Program-made: the position numbers and the translations under genes
NCBI GenBank assembly: GCA_963575745.1
Contig: CAUYUJ010000087.1
Location: 62,001-118,540, forward strand
DNA: 56,540 nt
Direction: 5' to 3'
From: Prorocentrum cordatum
Taxonomy: Eukaryota
The notes under the pieces: generated by a model
Databases searched by the model: none
What the model was told of the DNA's origin: nothing
What the model saw: the letters and a program-made list of their open reading frames with translations, nothing else
Shown here: positions 1 through 10,924 of the stretch, one piece after another
Position numbering within the stretch: position 1 is the first letter of the stretch
How the letters are laid out: every line of letters begins with the position of its first letter

Positions 1-64
1 CAGTTGGGACACCTCGACGGCACCACAGAACAAGGATTACTCCGGTCCGCCTCACTGGCTGGGA

Positions 65-1418
65 ATGGAATATCTGAAGCTGTACACGTCGAACATACCT
101 TCTTGGCAGAGCAGGACGGCCTATCGCCAGGAAGTTCAGGCGGGGCGAATGTGGGAGACTTTCCCAATGGAACTACAGGCCAAGTTCCAGGCTATACGGT
201 CTACACTCGACCAGAGCGACGGCACGATGAGGCTGATCTCCCACCTCGAGCTTCTAGCTGGAAAAGCCTGGCGACAAGGAGCGCGATGCACACGATGAGG
301 CAATGCCTGACTTCTCCGTCAAGAAAGGAGGAAGCCTGACGGATTTCATCGTGCGCAGAGACAATCAGTTGGCCACGGCCGAAAGAATGGCGCTGGTGCT
401 TCCGGACTCCGTCAACGCAAGATACTACGAAGAAGGCTGTGGTCTAAGTGGACAGAACCGTGTGAATCTGCGGGCGATGCCCAATTGTCGCAGAGACCTT
501 CAATCAGTACGAGCCGCGATCCTGGAGTTGGACGTCTCAGAGAAGCAGGTTATTCCGAGGCCGCCGACAGCTCAGAGTTCGCCCAAGCCGACCTTCGCGA
601 CCACAGAGGAGCCGACCGAGGACGAAATCGAACATGAGGATGAGACGTGCACTCCCATCTTCGAGACAGAGTTCGAGGAAGAAGAGCTCAACGCCATATT
701 GGTTTCGCTTGACTCTCAGGACCTGGCCGAGGATGAGATGGCGAACATTTCTGTCGAAGTGACTTCGGGCATTCGCCGCAAAACTTGGCAAGAAGCCATG
801 ACCCAGAAGACCAACAAGAGGGTGGATCGAGACTTCTTCGATCGTCGTCGAGATCCCAAGTGAGCACACAAGGGAAAGAATTTCCGTAGAGTCAATCGAG
901 AGGATTTCAAGCGCCGTTCCCGATGCTCCAACTGTGGAGACAAAGGGCACTGGAGGGAGGATTGCAAGAAGTCGTTCAGGAGCAAAGCCAGCAGACTCAA
1001 GGAAGAGGGCGCCGTGGAAGCCTCGCACTACTTCCATGCCTCGCTGGACGCCGACCAGACAGGCAGTTCGTGGCCCAGCTTCGACGATTTCCTGAACTTC
1101 GCCGAGCTTTCGAGTGCGGCGGCTCCCTCGTGTGATGAGATCTCTCTCACCAACATGGGCACCTCGGCCTTGGTTGATACGGCCGCGGGACAAGCACTGG
1201 TGGGATCTCCAGATCTTGAGCGAATGGTCAGAGCCTTCAAGAAGCGCGGCTACGATATCCATGTCAACAAGGGCGAGACCAACCTCCCGGCCGCAAACGG
1301 AGTTGGCGGCAAGTCTACTCCGGTCGGCAAGGCTCTCGTTCCAGCCTCTCTGATCGGATGTGGTATCATCGAGTTCTTGATTCTGGAGTCCTCCACTGCT
1401 GCCAGCGAGGTATCTTGA
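65..1418 (+). pseudogene. Copia gag + zinc knuckle + aspartic protease, disrupted
   Basis: ORFs 303-863 and 1014-1418 share a frame, split by TGA at 861-863. CSNCGDKGHWREDC (CX2CX4HX4C) at 924-965; ALVDTAAGQALVG protease active-site motif near 1170-1205. Confidence 0.8.
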
Positions 1419-1583
1419 TTTCATTCACGTTCTCGCAGTTGGAGTTGGAGAGAGCCGCAGGGAGATCGCTATGATCAGACTTCCTTCAGGTCATCGTGCG
1501 GTGGACTTGATTGGATGCGATCCGTCTGATTTCGAACTGCACCCCGACCTGGCGAAGCGTTTCCACTGGACGACGGTTGGTCT

Positions 1584-2747
1584 TTGCACGGCGACATCCT
1601 TCGTCGAGCGCGCGTGAACCTTCGAGAGACTTGGTTTGATATCGCAGAGTGCTCAGACCTACCGATCTCCTCGCCTGACCTCCTCAGCCTGGAGACCACG
1701 ACCTGCCGGTTCCTGGACGACGAGGCCAGGCGGACCTGCGTCTACGAGAAGGCCGACCTCGACTCGCGCTGGCCGCCGGGCCGCCGGGTCGGGCACACGG
1801 ACTTCAGGATGCGCGAGGACCGCGGTGGGGAGGTTAGGAGTAGGAACAGTCAGGATCTTTCAGCGCCAGCCCGTTCTTTTCAGTCCTCTCTCCCTGTTGA
1901 GTCCAGGCCTCAGATGGCCGGACCAGGTCAGTGGGTCCGGGACAGCCAGACATCCAGATTCAGTAAGCCCGAGCCCCTCTCTGTAGCCCTCGGCTCGAAC
2001 CAGCAGCTCAGCGGGGTCGACCTCGGGGAGGAGGCGATGACCGACGCCGAGCTGGAGCTCTTCCTGGAGGGCCAGTTCATTCTGGCTCCCGCGGCGCGGG
2101 TATGGAGGCGCTGGGCGATGAAGATGCTCATGGTGCTGTGCCTCGCCGCGGACTCCAGGCTTCTCTCGATGCTGGTGCCGAAGATCAGCGTGCATCATCC
2201 AGACGTGAGGAAGGAGAAGGAGAAGCCCGACCAGATCCTCTGCCCGCACCTTCCTGCGTTCCATCGCCGCGGAGGCAATCAGCACGGGCACTGGATCAAG
2301 TGCCTGAACTGCGACAAGCGCATCGACTTCGTGAGGAAGACTCCCGAGGAGATCGAGGAGACTCGTCAGCGCGTGCTGCTCAAGAAGGTGAAGTCTGTCA
2401 AGACGTACAAGCAGGAGATCAAGGACGAGATCAGCCCTGTCGAAGTGGTTCCTCCGGAGCCGGCGGCGCCCTCGGCGCGCTACAATGCGCCTCCTACCAC
2501 GAGGCCGTCGCCGACGGCTCGCAAGTCAGGACCACCGGTCCCGACGGTACCTCTGGCCCAGGGCAGGAGCGGTCAGTCCAGCAGGGCTACCGGGGGCGGG
2601 GAGAGCGACTTGGACAAGCTTCGTCGGTTCCTGCTGGAGGACCGCCAGGAGAGGGCAAACCAGATGGACGGTCTCCTCGAGTTGGCGCAGACATTGGCCG
2701 TGACAGTGAACACGTCAGCCGGGGCGGCCAGCTCGAGCGGCGACTGA
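1584..2747 (+). pseudogene. Copia polyprotein segment with Cys/His motif (CPH...GGNQHGHWIKCLNC)
   Basis: Strongly GC3-biased coding-like sequence between protease and MTase/integrase, with a C-x-H...W-x-x-C-x-x-C putative zinc-binding motif near 2240-2320. Confidence 0.5.
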
Positions 2748-3034
2748 GCTCAGGACAGCATCGAGCCAGGAAGACGCCCAGGTCGACTTCAGCGGGTTCG
2801 AGGCGCGGCCCTGCATCTCCAGACGCTGGCGTGGCAAGATCATCATTGTCACGTCCTTCCCTCTCCACCTCCTTTCCCTTGAAGACCGACGATCCGAAGC
2901 ATCGAAGGGTCCTCGAAAGGCTTCCAACGTTCTCCGAGTGACTCTGGACTGCCAGGAGCTTCTGGACCACTCTCCGGAGGGTCACGGGCCTCCTGGGGGT
3001 TCGGAAGCCCTGGGCGTCAGGAGATCTTTGGGAT

Positions 3035-5934
3035 TTGACTCTGGAGAGGCCCGTGGGCCCAGAAGAGGTCTCTCGTCGCCTCGGCTGGACGCAGCATCAC
3101 GCTTCCCGCCACGAGCAGCAGGTGTGGTTCACGTCATTGGACCTCAGAGGTTCCGGATATCCCGCTCCCGATCCCCTCTCTCTTGCTGGTCGGATTAAGC
3201 TGGTAAATGAGGTCTCAGGGGGAGCTCTGGTGGACGACCTGGCGGCATCGCTTAGCGTCTCTGGGATCTCGGACGTATTGCGAGGAGTCTCAAGCAGGGA
3301 CTTTGGCCTTTCATGGTGGACGGGGACAGGGACAACAGCAGGGGGCTTAGACGGCCCCCAAGATCTTCCTGAGGCCAAGACGCGGGACCTAGTTCTGGCA
3401 GAGGGCTTGGTTGAGCCCGGCGTTCATCCAGAAGATGGGGCTCTGAGTTTGGCGGCACAGGGCTTAGCCGACGTCTCGGGCCTAGCATCGTCCTACGACG
3501 CGCTCAACTGGGTCTTCATCGGTCTCGAGACGGACCTCATGCAGGAACCCGTTTCTTTGGTAAGCAGTCCTCGAGTGGTCCGACAGGAGGCCCTCAGGAG
3601 TCTCGGGGGATCTAGCATTCGAAAAGGAAAGAAATTGTCTCGAGGGTCTCTGGCCGCTGAGGCCAGAAGGTGCGGTCATACTCTGTGTCTGGAGTTGTTC
3701 TCTCCTCCCAGGGCGTCGGGGGAACTGAGCCGCGGGGGATTTCCCGTGAGCGGTGCCGTCGATGAAGATACGGGTTGGGATCTGCGGCGCCTGGAAGATC
3801 GCAGAGCGCTATGGCACCAGAAAGAAAGGGAGAGGCCACTGGTTGTTGTTATGTCTCATCCCTGCACTCTCTTCAGCCAGGCCAGGACTACCCGCGACGC
3901 CGATCCTGTCAAGCAGACCAGGCTCGAACAGGAGGCTCTCCTGTATATGTCGATATGTGCCCAGGTTGCTGAGTATCAGGCTGCCCACGGAAGGATGTTT
4001 TTCTGGGAACATCCCGAGTCCGCCAGCAGCTGGGAGCTGCAGTCCGTTGGCAAGCTCTCCAGGTCACGGGGAGTGGACACCGTTGTTGCTGATCAGCGCG
4101 CGTTTGGTTTGAGCGCGGCCCCGGGAACGCTGTCCAGAAAACCTACCCGATTTCTCTCGAACAGCGCCCCTCTCTTGGACTTGCGTGGCAAGCAGCGCAG
4201 CAGAGGGCACGGGCATATTTCTTTGGTCGGCGGCGGGAGGACTCGCGCCGCTCAACGGCATCCGCCGGCGCCGGCGGAGGCCATCGCCAAAGGAGTTGAG
4301 CTGAGCGCCGGGCTCCTCCTGAGGGCCGGTTCTAGTTTTCCTGTTTTTCCTGTCTCGGTCGAGGATGACTCTCAGGTAGCTGGCGCCGGCGCTATCTCAG
4401 TTGACTCTGAGTCCGAGGGGGATGTTGAGGGACCTCCAGAGGTTCCACTTGTGGACCAGGAAACCACTCCGACCAGTCAGGAGGCCGAGTCTCATCCGGC
4501 GGCCTTGGGACCCAAAGACCGTTCGTCCGGCGAACCTTCCAAGGCCATTCGAAACGATATTCACAAGCTTCACGTGAATCTGGGACATCCTCGCAAGTCA
4601 GAGTTTGTTCGAGCGCTCAGGGTGGCGCGAATGAAGGAGGAATATATCCGATGGGTTTCAGAGAAGTTCGGGCGTTCTCAATGCCACTCAGAATCAAGAC
4701 CTCACTGGCACAGGAAGGCCCATCTCCCCCGAACCTACCGGTTCAACAAACTAGTGGCTATGGGTGTTTTTCTTTGCTCCTGCTTTCGGCACCAGGCCCC
4801 GATCCTTAACATCATAGACCACGGCACCAACCTCCAGATCTGCACAGTCTTAAAAACTGCCACGGCTGATCAGGTCTGGTCCGCCTTCACGCGGGCGCGG
4901 CCGCGCCCTATGGGAGCACCAGAAATCGCGACGACAGATGGAGGATCCGAGTTCGAGGCCAAAGTGATTCGAGGACTCGAGGAGTTAGGCATATTTCATC
5001 ACATTTGCGATGCCGAGAGTCCTTGGCAGAACGGGGGGTGCGAGCGCCATGGCGGCCTCGCCAAGAAGGCGCTTCTTAAGGCCATGTCTTGCGTTTCCCT
5101 CAGGGATCGAGAGGAGCTTGAGGATCTGTTGGCGCAAGTCATCGCCGCTAAGAATCGTTATTCTCACCGAGGCGGCTATTTCCCCTACTTGCTGGTTTTC
5201 GGAGAGAGCCCGAGACTTCCTCACAGTTTGCTGCCCGATGACGCCGTCGATGACGTGGGAGTTTTTGACTTCGCCCAAGGCACCCAGGACGCGGACGGAC
5301 TTGCCGCCGCCTTTGCTCGCAAACATCGCTTCCGGGAGGAGGCCAGGAAGGCCGCGATGGCTCTGGACGTTCGGGATCGCCTCAAGGAGGCCAGCAAGGC
5401 TCGCCACCACTCGGATCAGAAGTTTGTTCCAGGAACCTGGGTTTACGTCTGGCGTCGTCCGACCAGTCAGACCAGGTCCTCTCGATCCCGTTGGACAGGC
5501 CCTGGAGCTGTAGCTTATCAACAGAACACCACCGCGTGGGTGGCCATGCGCACTAGGCTTTTGAATCGCAGTGTCGAGCGAATCCGTCCAGCCTCTCGCG
5601 ACGAGGCCATGGGGGCTGAACTGGTGGACATGAATCGCATGAAGTCCCTAAGAGAGGAGCTGCTTGATCCCGGGGGCCGCATGGGAGCCATTGACGTCGA
5701 GGCCGAAGGGCCCCCCCGTCCGGAAGCAGGGGATCAAAGCACTGATCCGACGCCCGTCCAGCATCGCAGAGTACCCGAGGGATCTCCTCAGCCGTCTGTC
5801 GTTGTTTCTCCCCCAGTTGAGACGGGCGAGGCGCTTCGTGAGTCCATCGAGGAGCCCACTCAAGAGCCAGCGCCTCCGATTCAGGAAGAGGCGTCAACGC
5901 TTCCCCCCTCCGCTTCCCCGGATCACTACACATC

Positions 5935-5984
<50 letters not shown>

Positions 5985-6754
5985 CCTCTGACAACTCAGG
6001 CGATGCCGCGGAAGCGCCCGCAGCACGAGTATCGAGCGAGCCCAGAGCTCGAGCAGCTTCCCAGGCCCCAGGGGAGAGCTCGGCTCGACACGCGCAGCGG
6101 CCTCGCCTCACCCCGAGCGAAGAGAGGGGCTCAGGACCAGGAGGGGTGTGGCGGGCGATCGCTGAGATCGAAGGCCGCAGTTTGCCCGACGATGTCCCCA
6201 TGCGCACCCGTCGCCAAAGAGAAGCAGCTTGGGAAACCGTGTCAGGTGCCGACACTCCAGGGGACCGATCCAGACCCCGTGACCAAGGAGATCCGAACCT
6301 GGTCGTCCGAGAAGATGAGATCTTGGAGGACTCCAGCGACCCTCAGGACGAGATCCTGTGGGAAGAGCTCTGCTCCTGGTTCCTCCTCGACCCCACCTTC
6401 TGGACTTCCTCGTTTGCGGAGATCTCCGGAGAAGGACCTCCAGCGCGTCGAGGCGCGGAGGAATCTCCCAAGAATGTTTCCCCGGCCGAGCGCCGTCTCT
6501 TCGATTTTTTCGACCCTGAAGAATGGGCCGCGACCATGAAATCAGGGGCGGTCCGGGTTGTTCCAGTTCTCGAGGCTCAGGTGATTAGACGCAAGTGTCC
6601 CGACAGAATTTGGGGTTCCAGGATGGTCCGTAGGTTTAAACCCCAGGAGGGTCTTGGGGCCGCCCCCGAGGCCAAGTCGAGGCGGCGCGTCCAGGAACGC
6701 CACGATCCGGACGGGGGAGAATTATTAGTTTACGCTCGCAGGCCGAGAGCCTGA
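3035..6754 (+). pseudogene. Copia pol segment: C5-methyltransferase-like domain (~3680-4300), integrase (~4550-5600), start of RT
   Basis: LELFSPPR (motif I-like), VMSHPC (PC motif IV), FFWEHP (motif VI), RKPT, AQRHPPAPAEAI (motif X-like). Then HKLHVNLGH..FGRSQC (HHCC, one Cys lost), IIDHGT, TTDGGSEF, PWQNGGCERHG, and an SH3-like WVYVWRR..RWTGP. An in-frame (CT)n lies at 5941-5977. Confidence 0.8.
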
Positions 6755-8210
6755 TGCTGACGCTTCAGGCGATTTCTTGTCTAGGGTGGACCCTGGAGGT
6801 GGCGGACGCGAAGACTGCGCCCTGCCAGTCGAACCGTTTGTCTCGCCCTGCCGGCGCGATCTTTTGCGAGCCATGCTAAGGTTTGCACCTCGCTCCAGGA
6901 GAGCTCATCGAGCTCGTGGCTCCGGTGCACGGGCTGAACAATGCACCGTTGTTATGGCACAGGACACTCACAGAGCATCTTTCATCGATCGGGTTCGAGG
7001 AATCCCTCCTGGAGCCGTGTTTGTGGGTTCGACGAGGCTCCATGGAGCTCTCCGCGGGATCGTTCTTATAGAAGCTGACGACTTGATTATTGCAACACAC
7101 CCCAGGCCCCAAGTGCGCCCAGAGGCCCCAGCCCACAACGCCCCAAGCGCGCCCACACAGTGCCCAGCGCGCTGCCCACTGAGGCCCCCCGACGCAGCCC
7201 ACAAATGCCCAAGCCCCCGCTGCGAGCGTGCCAATGGAGGCCCCAGCGGCAAGTGGAAGACTGCCGACTCTGATTTTGCCGGGAAACACCTCCGCCAGAT
7301 GGAGGACGGTAGGATTTTAGCCGATCAAGAAAAATATGATGAAACAGCTCGCTCCCATGAGGATTGACCAGAAGAGAAGATCTGACCCCCCTGACTCCCT
7401 TCTCTCTCCTGAAGAGATCAAAGGACATCGCACGATGGTGGCGCTAATTCAGTGGCTGGCGCGAGAGACGAGGCCAGACGTCTCCGGCGGAGCCAGCCTG
7501 CAAGTTGCGGCGTTGCCTGCTCCGACTCTGGCCGATGCCCTTCTCTGCCAGAAGATAGTTGGACACCTCAAGTCCTCCGCCTCCCAAAGGATCGCGATCT
7601 GGCCGATCGATCCTCTGAGTCTCACTTTTGCGACTATCTCCGACGCGGGAGGACCTGGTTCTGCGAGGACTCATAGGGCCCAGGGGGCCTACCTCGCCGC
7701 CGCGACCGACTCCGCTGTTCGAGAGAACCAGCGCGCCAGAGCGTCTCTTCTCGCGCGGCGATCCACGAGGCTGAAGCGCGCTGTCGCTTCCACGAGCGCG
7801 GCTGAGACTCTCAGTCTCTCGGCAGCGCTCGCGGAGGCCCAACGGCTTGAAGTCACGTGGCAAGACCTGCTTTTCAAGGGCGTTCAGCGCCCAGACTGGC
7901 ATCTCAGCCAGGCCCCGTGTTCTGTAGTTTTGAGCAAGGACTGTGAGTTTGCTAGTCATACTGCCAGTCTTTCCGCAGTCGACGCCAAGCGCGCGTTCGA
8001 CACCCTCAGCTGCAACTCAGCTGGCTCTTGGCTGTAGTTCGAGACGCCATGTCCAGTGTAGGCCCACGAATCCGATGGGCCCCTCACGGCCGCATGGCGG
8101 CGGACGCCATGACCAAGGCGGATCCGGGTCGTAGCAACCCGGCGCTGGCTGACCTGTTGTGTCGAGGTTCGATTTGTCTGATCGACGAAGAAGGGCTGAT
8201 GTCTGAGTGA
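6490..8210 (+). pseudogene. Copia reverse transcriptase and RNase H, frameshifted
   Basis: Fragments AKSR..VQ..DPD, VHGLNNAPLLW, EPCLW, IEADDLII, GKW..DFAGKHLRQ, WLARETRPD, ISDAG, AAETLSL, VDAK, IRWAPH..ADAMTK spread over several frames. Confidence 0.8.
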
Positions 8211-8306
8211 GCGGTCAACCCGGCTCTGAGAAGTCGCTCTAGGACCGCCTTGAAGAGGGAATTAGCACGTGCCTGCGAGGACCTTCACCAGGGGAGCATA
8301 AGAGAC

Positions 8307-8526
8307 TGTGGGTCAGTCGAGGTTGCTCACAGGGAGGGTGGGGGTAATTCTGGCGTGCTGTCTGCCCCACTGAAAGTGGACCCGCTGTCCGATTGTTCCC
8401 TTTCTCCCTTCCTCCGTTTGCGACAGACAGCGTGCTCCGCAGCCCTTTCGGCTTTAGGGGCACTCGCGTGCCCAGTGACTGTCTTACCGTTTGTGCTCTC
8501 GGGGAGAGCTCCAAAAGATCTTCACA
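8307..8526 (+). repeat. Putative 3' LTR of the copia element
   Basis: Starts TGTG right after a purine-rich tract (AGGGGAGCATAAGAGA, 8290-8305) and ends CACA just before unrelated simple sequence. The 5' LTR is outside the window, so this cannot be confirmed. Confidence 0.4.
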
Positions 8527-8562
8527 CGCACGCGTGAATACTGTGTCTCCCATGCTAGCTGA

Positions 8563-8584
8563 CAACACGCACACACACACACGC

Positions 8585-8658
<74 letters not shown>

Positions 8659-8790
8659 ACGCACACGCACACACACACACACACACAACACGCACACACG
8701 CACACGCACACGCACACGCACACACGCACGCACACGCACGCACACACGCACGCACACACACACCACACACACACACACACACACACCACG

Positions 8791-8822
<32 letters not shown>

Positions 8823-8968
8823 CACGCACACGCACACGCACACACACGCACACGCACACGCACACACACGCACACGCACACACACGCACACGCACACACA
8901 CGCACACGCACACACACACACGCACACGCACACGCACACACACACACACACACAGACACACGCACACA
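8563..8968. repeat. (CA)n/(CACG)n compound microsatellite
   Basis: Directly visible. Confidence 0.98.
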
Positions 8969-9099
8969 TTCACGCAATGTTTGCAATGGCGGCTAGGCAG
9001 AATGACTGCGCTGGCGGGTGTGGCACATGCAGTGCACACATGCGAGTTGGGCCGCAATTCGCGAGAGGACGAGAGCAAATGCCCGGCACGGGAGGGGGG

Positions 9100-9105
9100 A
9101 CACAG

Positions 9106-9137
<32 letters not shown>

Positions 9138-9322
9138 ACACACACACACATTCACACACACACACAGACACACACACGCACACACAACACACACACACAC
9201 ACACACACAGACACACACACACACACGCACACACACACACACACACGCACACACACACAACACACACACACACGCACACACACACACACACACACGCACA
9301 CACACACACACACGCGAGCGCG

Positions 9323-9361
<39 letters not shown>

Positions 9362-9378
9362 ACGCGCGCGCACACGCA

Positions 9379-9410
<32 letters not shown>

Positions 9411-9435
9411 CACACACGCACGCACGCACGCACGC

Positions 9436-9478
<43 letters not shown>

Positions 9479-9513
9479 CACACGCACACACACACACACA
9501 CGCACACACGCAC

Positions 9514-9590
<77 letters not shown>
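9100..9590. repeat. (CA)n/(CACG)n compound microsatellite
   Basis: Directly visible; abuts the spliced-leader sequence. Confidence 0.98.
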
Positions 9591-9593
<3 letters not shown>

Positions 9594-9610
9594 AGCCATT
9601 TTGGCTCAAG
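9591..9610 (+). other. Dinoflagellate spliced-leader (DinoSL) sequence, genomic retro-copy
   Basis: CGTAGCCATTTTGGCTCAAG is a perfect match to the 3' 20 nt of the 22-nt DinoSL. It is not followed by GT, so it is not an SL RNA gene. Confidence 0.95.
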
Positions 9611-9732
9611 ATGATTTGTTCCACAGGGGAACGAGTGGATACCGCTAGTCCGCGGCCAGTGCCAGGGCTTCTCCGCCCGACAGTTTTGTTTCGTGTGTTG
9701 GCAAGGGGTAGGCTGTGCGCTGCCCACTCGCC

Positions 9733-10924
9733 ATGTCCAGTGCCTCGCAGAGGGCCAGGTCTGAGCCGCGGGCCAAGGGCGGCGGCCGCAAGGGCAAGAG
9801 CAAAGGAGTTGGCAAGGCAGGCAAGACCAACGCGAGCGGAGCCAACCCCCTGGACTACGTCCGCTGTGCGAACTGCTCGTACAAGTGGAACTTCAAGGCC
9901 AGGGTGGAGTGCTACAACTGCAAGAAGCCGCTCAAGCCTGCCGCAGTGGACGAGCCTCCGCAGCTACGGGCATCGGCGTGGTCATTCGCGCGCGAGCCGT
10001 GGGTGCGGCACTCTGACGACTGGTTCGGGTACGAGGCACCGCCACCGCAGCCCGCCCCGCCGTCGGATGCATAGTGCCTCGCGGCGTTGGCGGCCAGGCA
10101 TCCCGAGCACGGCCAGCAGCTCGAGGCCATCAAGATGGCAGTCGCACCACCGCCCGTTGCGGCCACGGTGTTGCCAGATGTGGCCCTCAACCGCGCCCGG
10201 GCCAAGCAGCGGCGGGCTCAAGCCGCCTTCCTTTCCAAGTCCCAGCAGGTCCACGACGCCGAGCAGTGTGCGTGCTGGTGAGCTCGTCCTGGCGTGCAAC
10301 GTGGAGGTGGAGGAGGCCTACAAGGCAGCAGCGCCCAAGGGCGTCCAGGTGCAGGCGCAGGAGGCGCAGGAGCCTGGCGCCATGGCTCAGCCTGCCGTGG
10401 GCCTCAACGTCACGGCGCTTTTGGCGGAAGACTTCCAGGTCGAGGCAGGCGACGCCTTCAGGCTGGACGACCCCGACCTGGACATCACCGACACGGAGCG
10501 CGAGGAGTTCAACAAGTCCCTGGAAGGCTTCGTCGAGCAAGTCAAGCAGCACGTGCGCACCACCTTCGGTGAGGCCAAGACGCAGCTGGAGCAGAGGCGC
10601 AGCGAGATCGACGCCAAGCACCAGCAGCTGCTGGCCAGGCGCAAGCGGCCTCGCACCGAGGCGGCAGGAGCAGCAGACCAGCCGCCAGCCCAGGCGCCAG
10701 CCGCAGGCCCTGCGGCAGCAGGCCCCGCGGAGGCCCCAGCGGCCGCCGCGGCCCCAGCCCAGGCCCCCACCCCTGGGCAGCCTGAGGCCCCTGCTCGGCC
10801 TCCTGTTGCTCACCCTCCAGAGCCACCCAGCCTCCGCGGCCCCGATGGCGCAGCCAAGTTGGCTCAGCTCAGGCGGGACTTGGAAGCAGCAGCCGCCGTT
10901 CCAGCCGGGGGCGCAGATGCGTAA
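9733..10924 (+). pseudogene. LINE ORF1: K/G-rich N-terminus, RanBP2-type Zn finger, coiled-coil
   Basis: [38 protein letters not shown]. In-frame TAG at 10072-10074 and a frameshift near 10270 into the frame of ORF 9611-10924 (EREEFNKSLEGFVEQVKQ..EAKTQLEQRRSEID). Confidence 0.75.

Larger units (their letters stand above)
1..8526 (+). mobile_element. Decayed Ty1/copia-type LTR retrotransposon (5' end outside window)
   Basis: Domain order gag/CCHC knuckle - aspartic protease (LVDTAAG) - integrase (HxNLGH, TDGGSEF, PWQNGxxERHG) - RT (DDLII) - RNase H (SDAG, AETLS, ADAMTK). PR-IN-RT-RH order is diagnostic of copia. Multiple stops and frameshifts. Confidence 0.9.

Noticed and set aside
9591..9610. 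SL RNA gene
   Set aside because: SL is followed by AT rather than the GT donor/intron of an SL RNA gene and leads directly into a LINE.
8239..9727. Long ORFs rich in HT/CV/RA dipeptides
   Set aside because: Translations of (CA)n/(CACG)n microsatellites, not proteins.
10074..10916. N-terminal part of the 1255-aa ORF
   Set aside because: Alternative frame overlapping ORF1; ORF2 more plausibly starts at ATG 10917.
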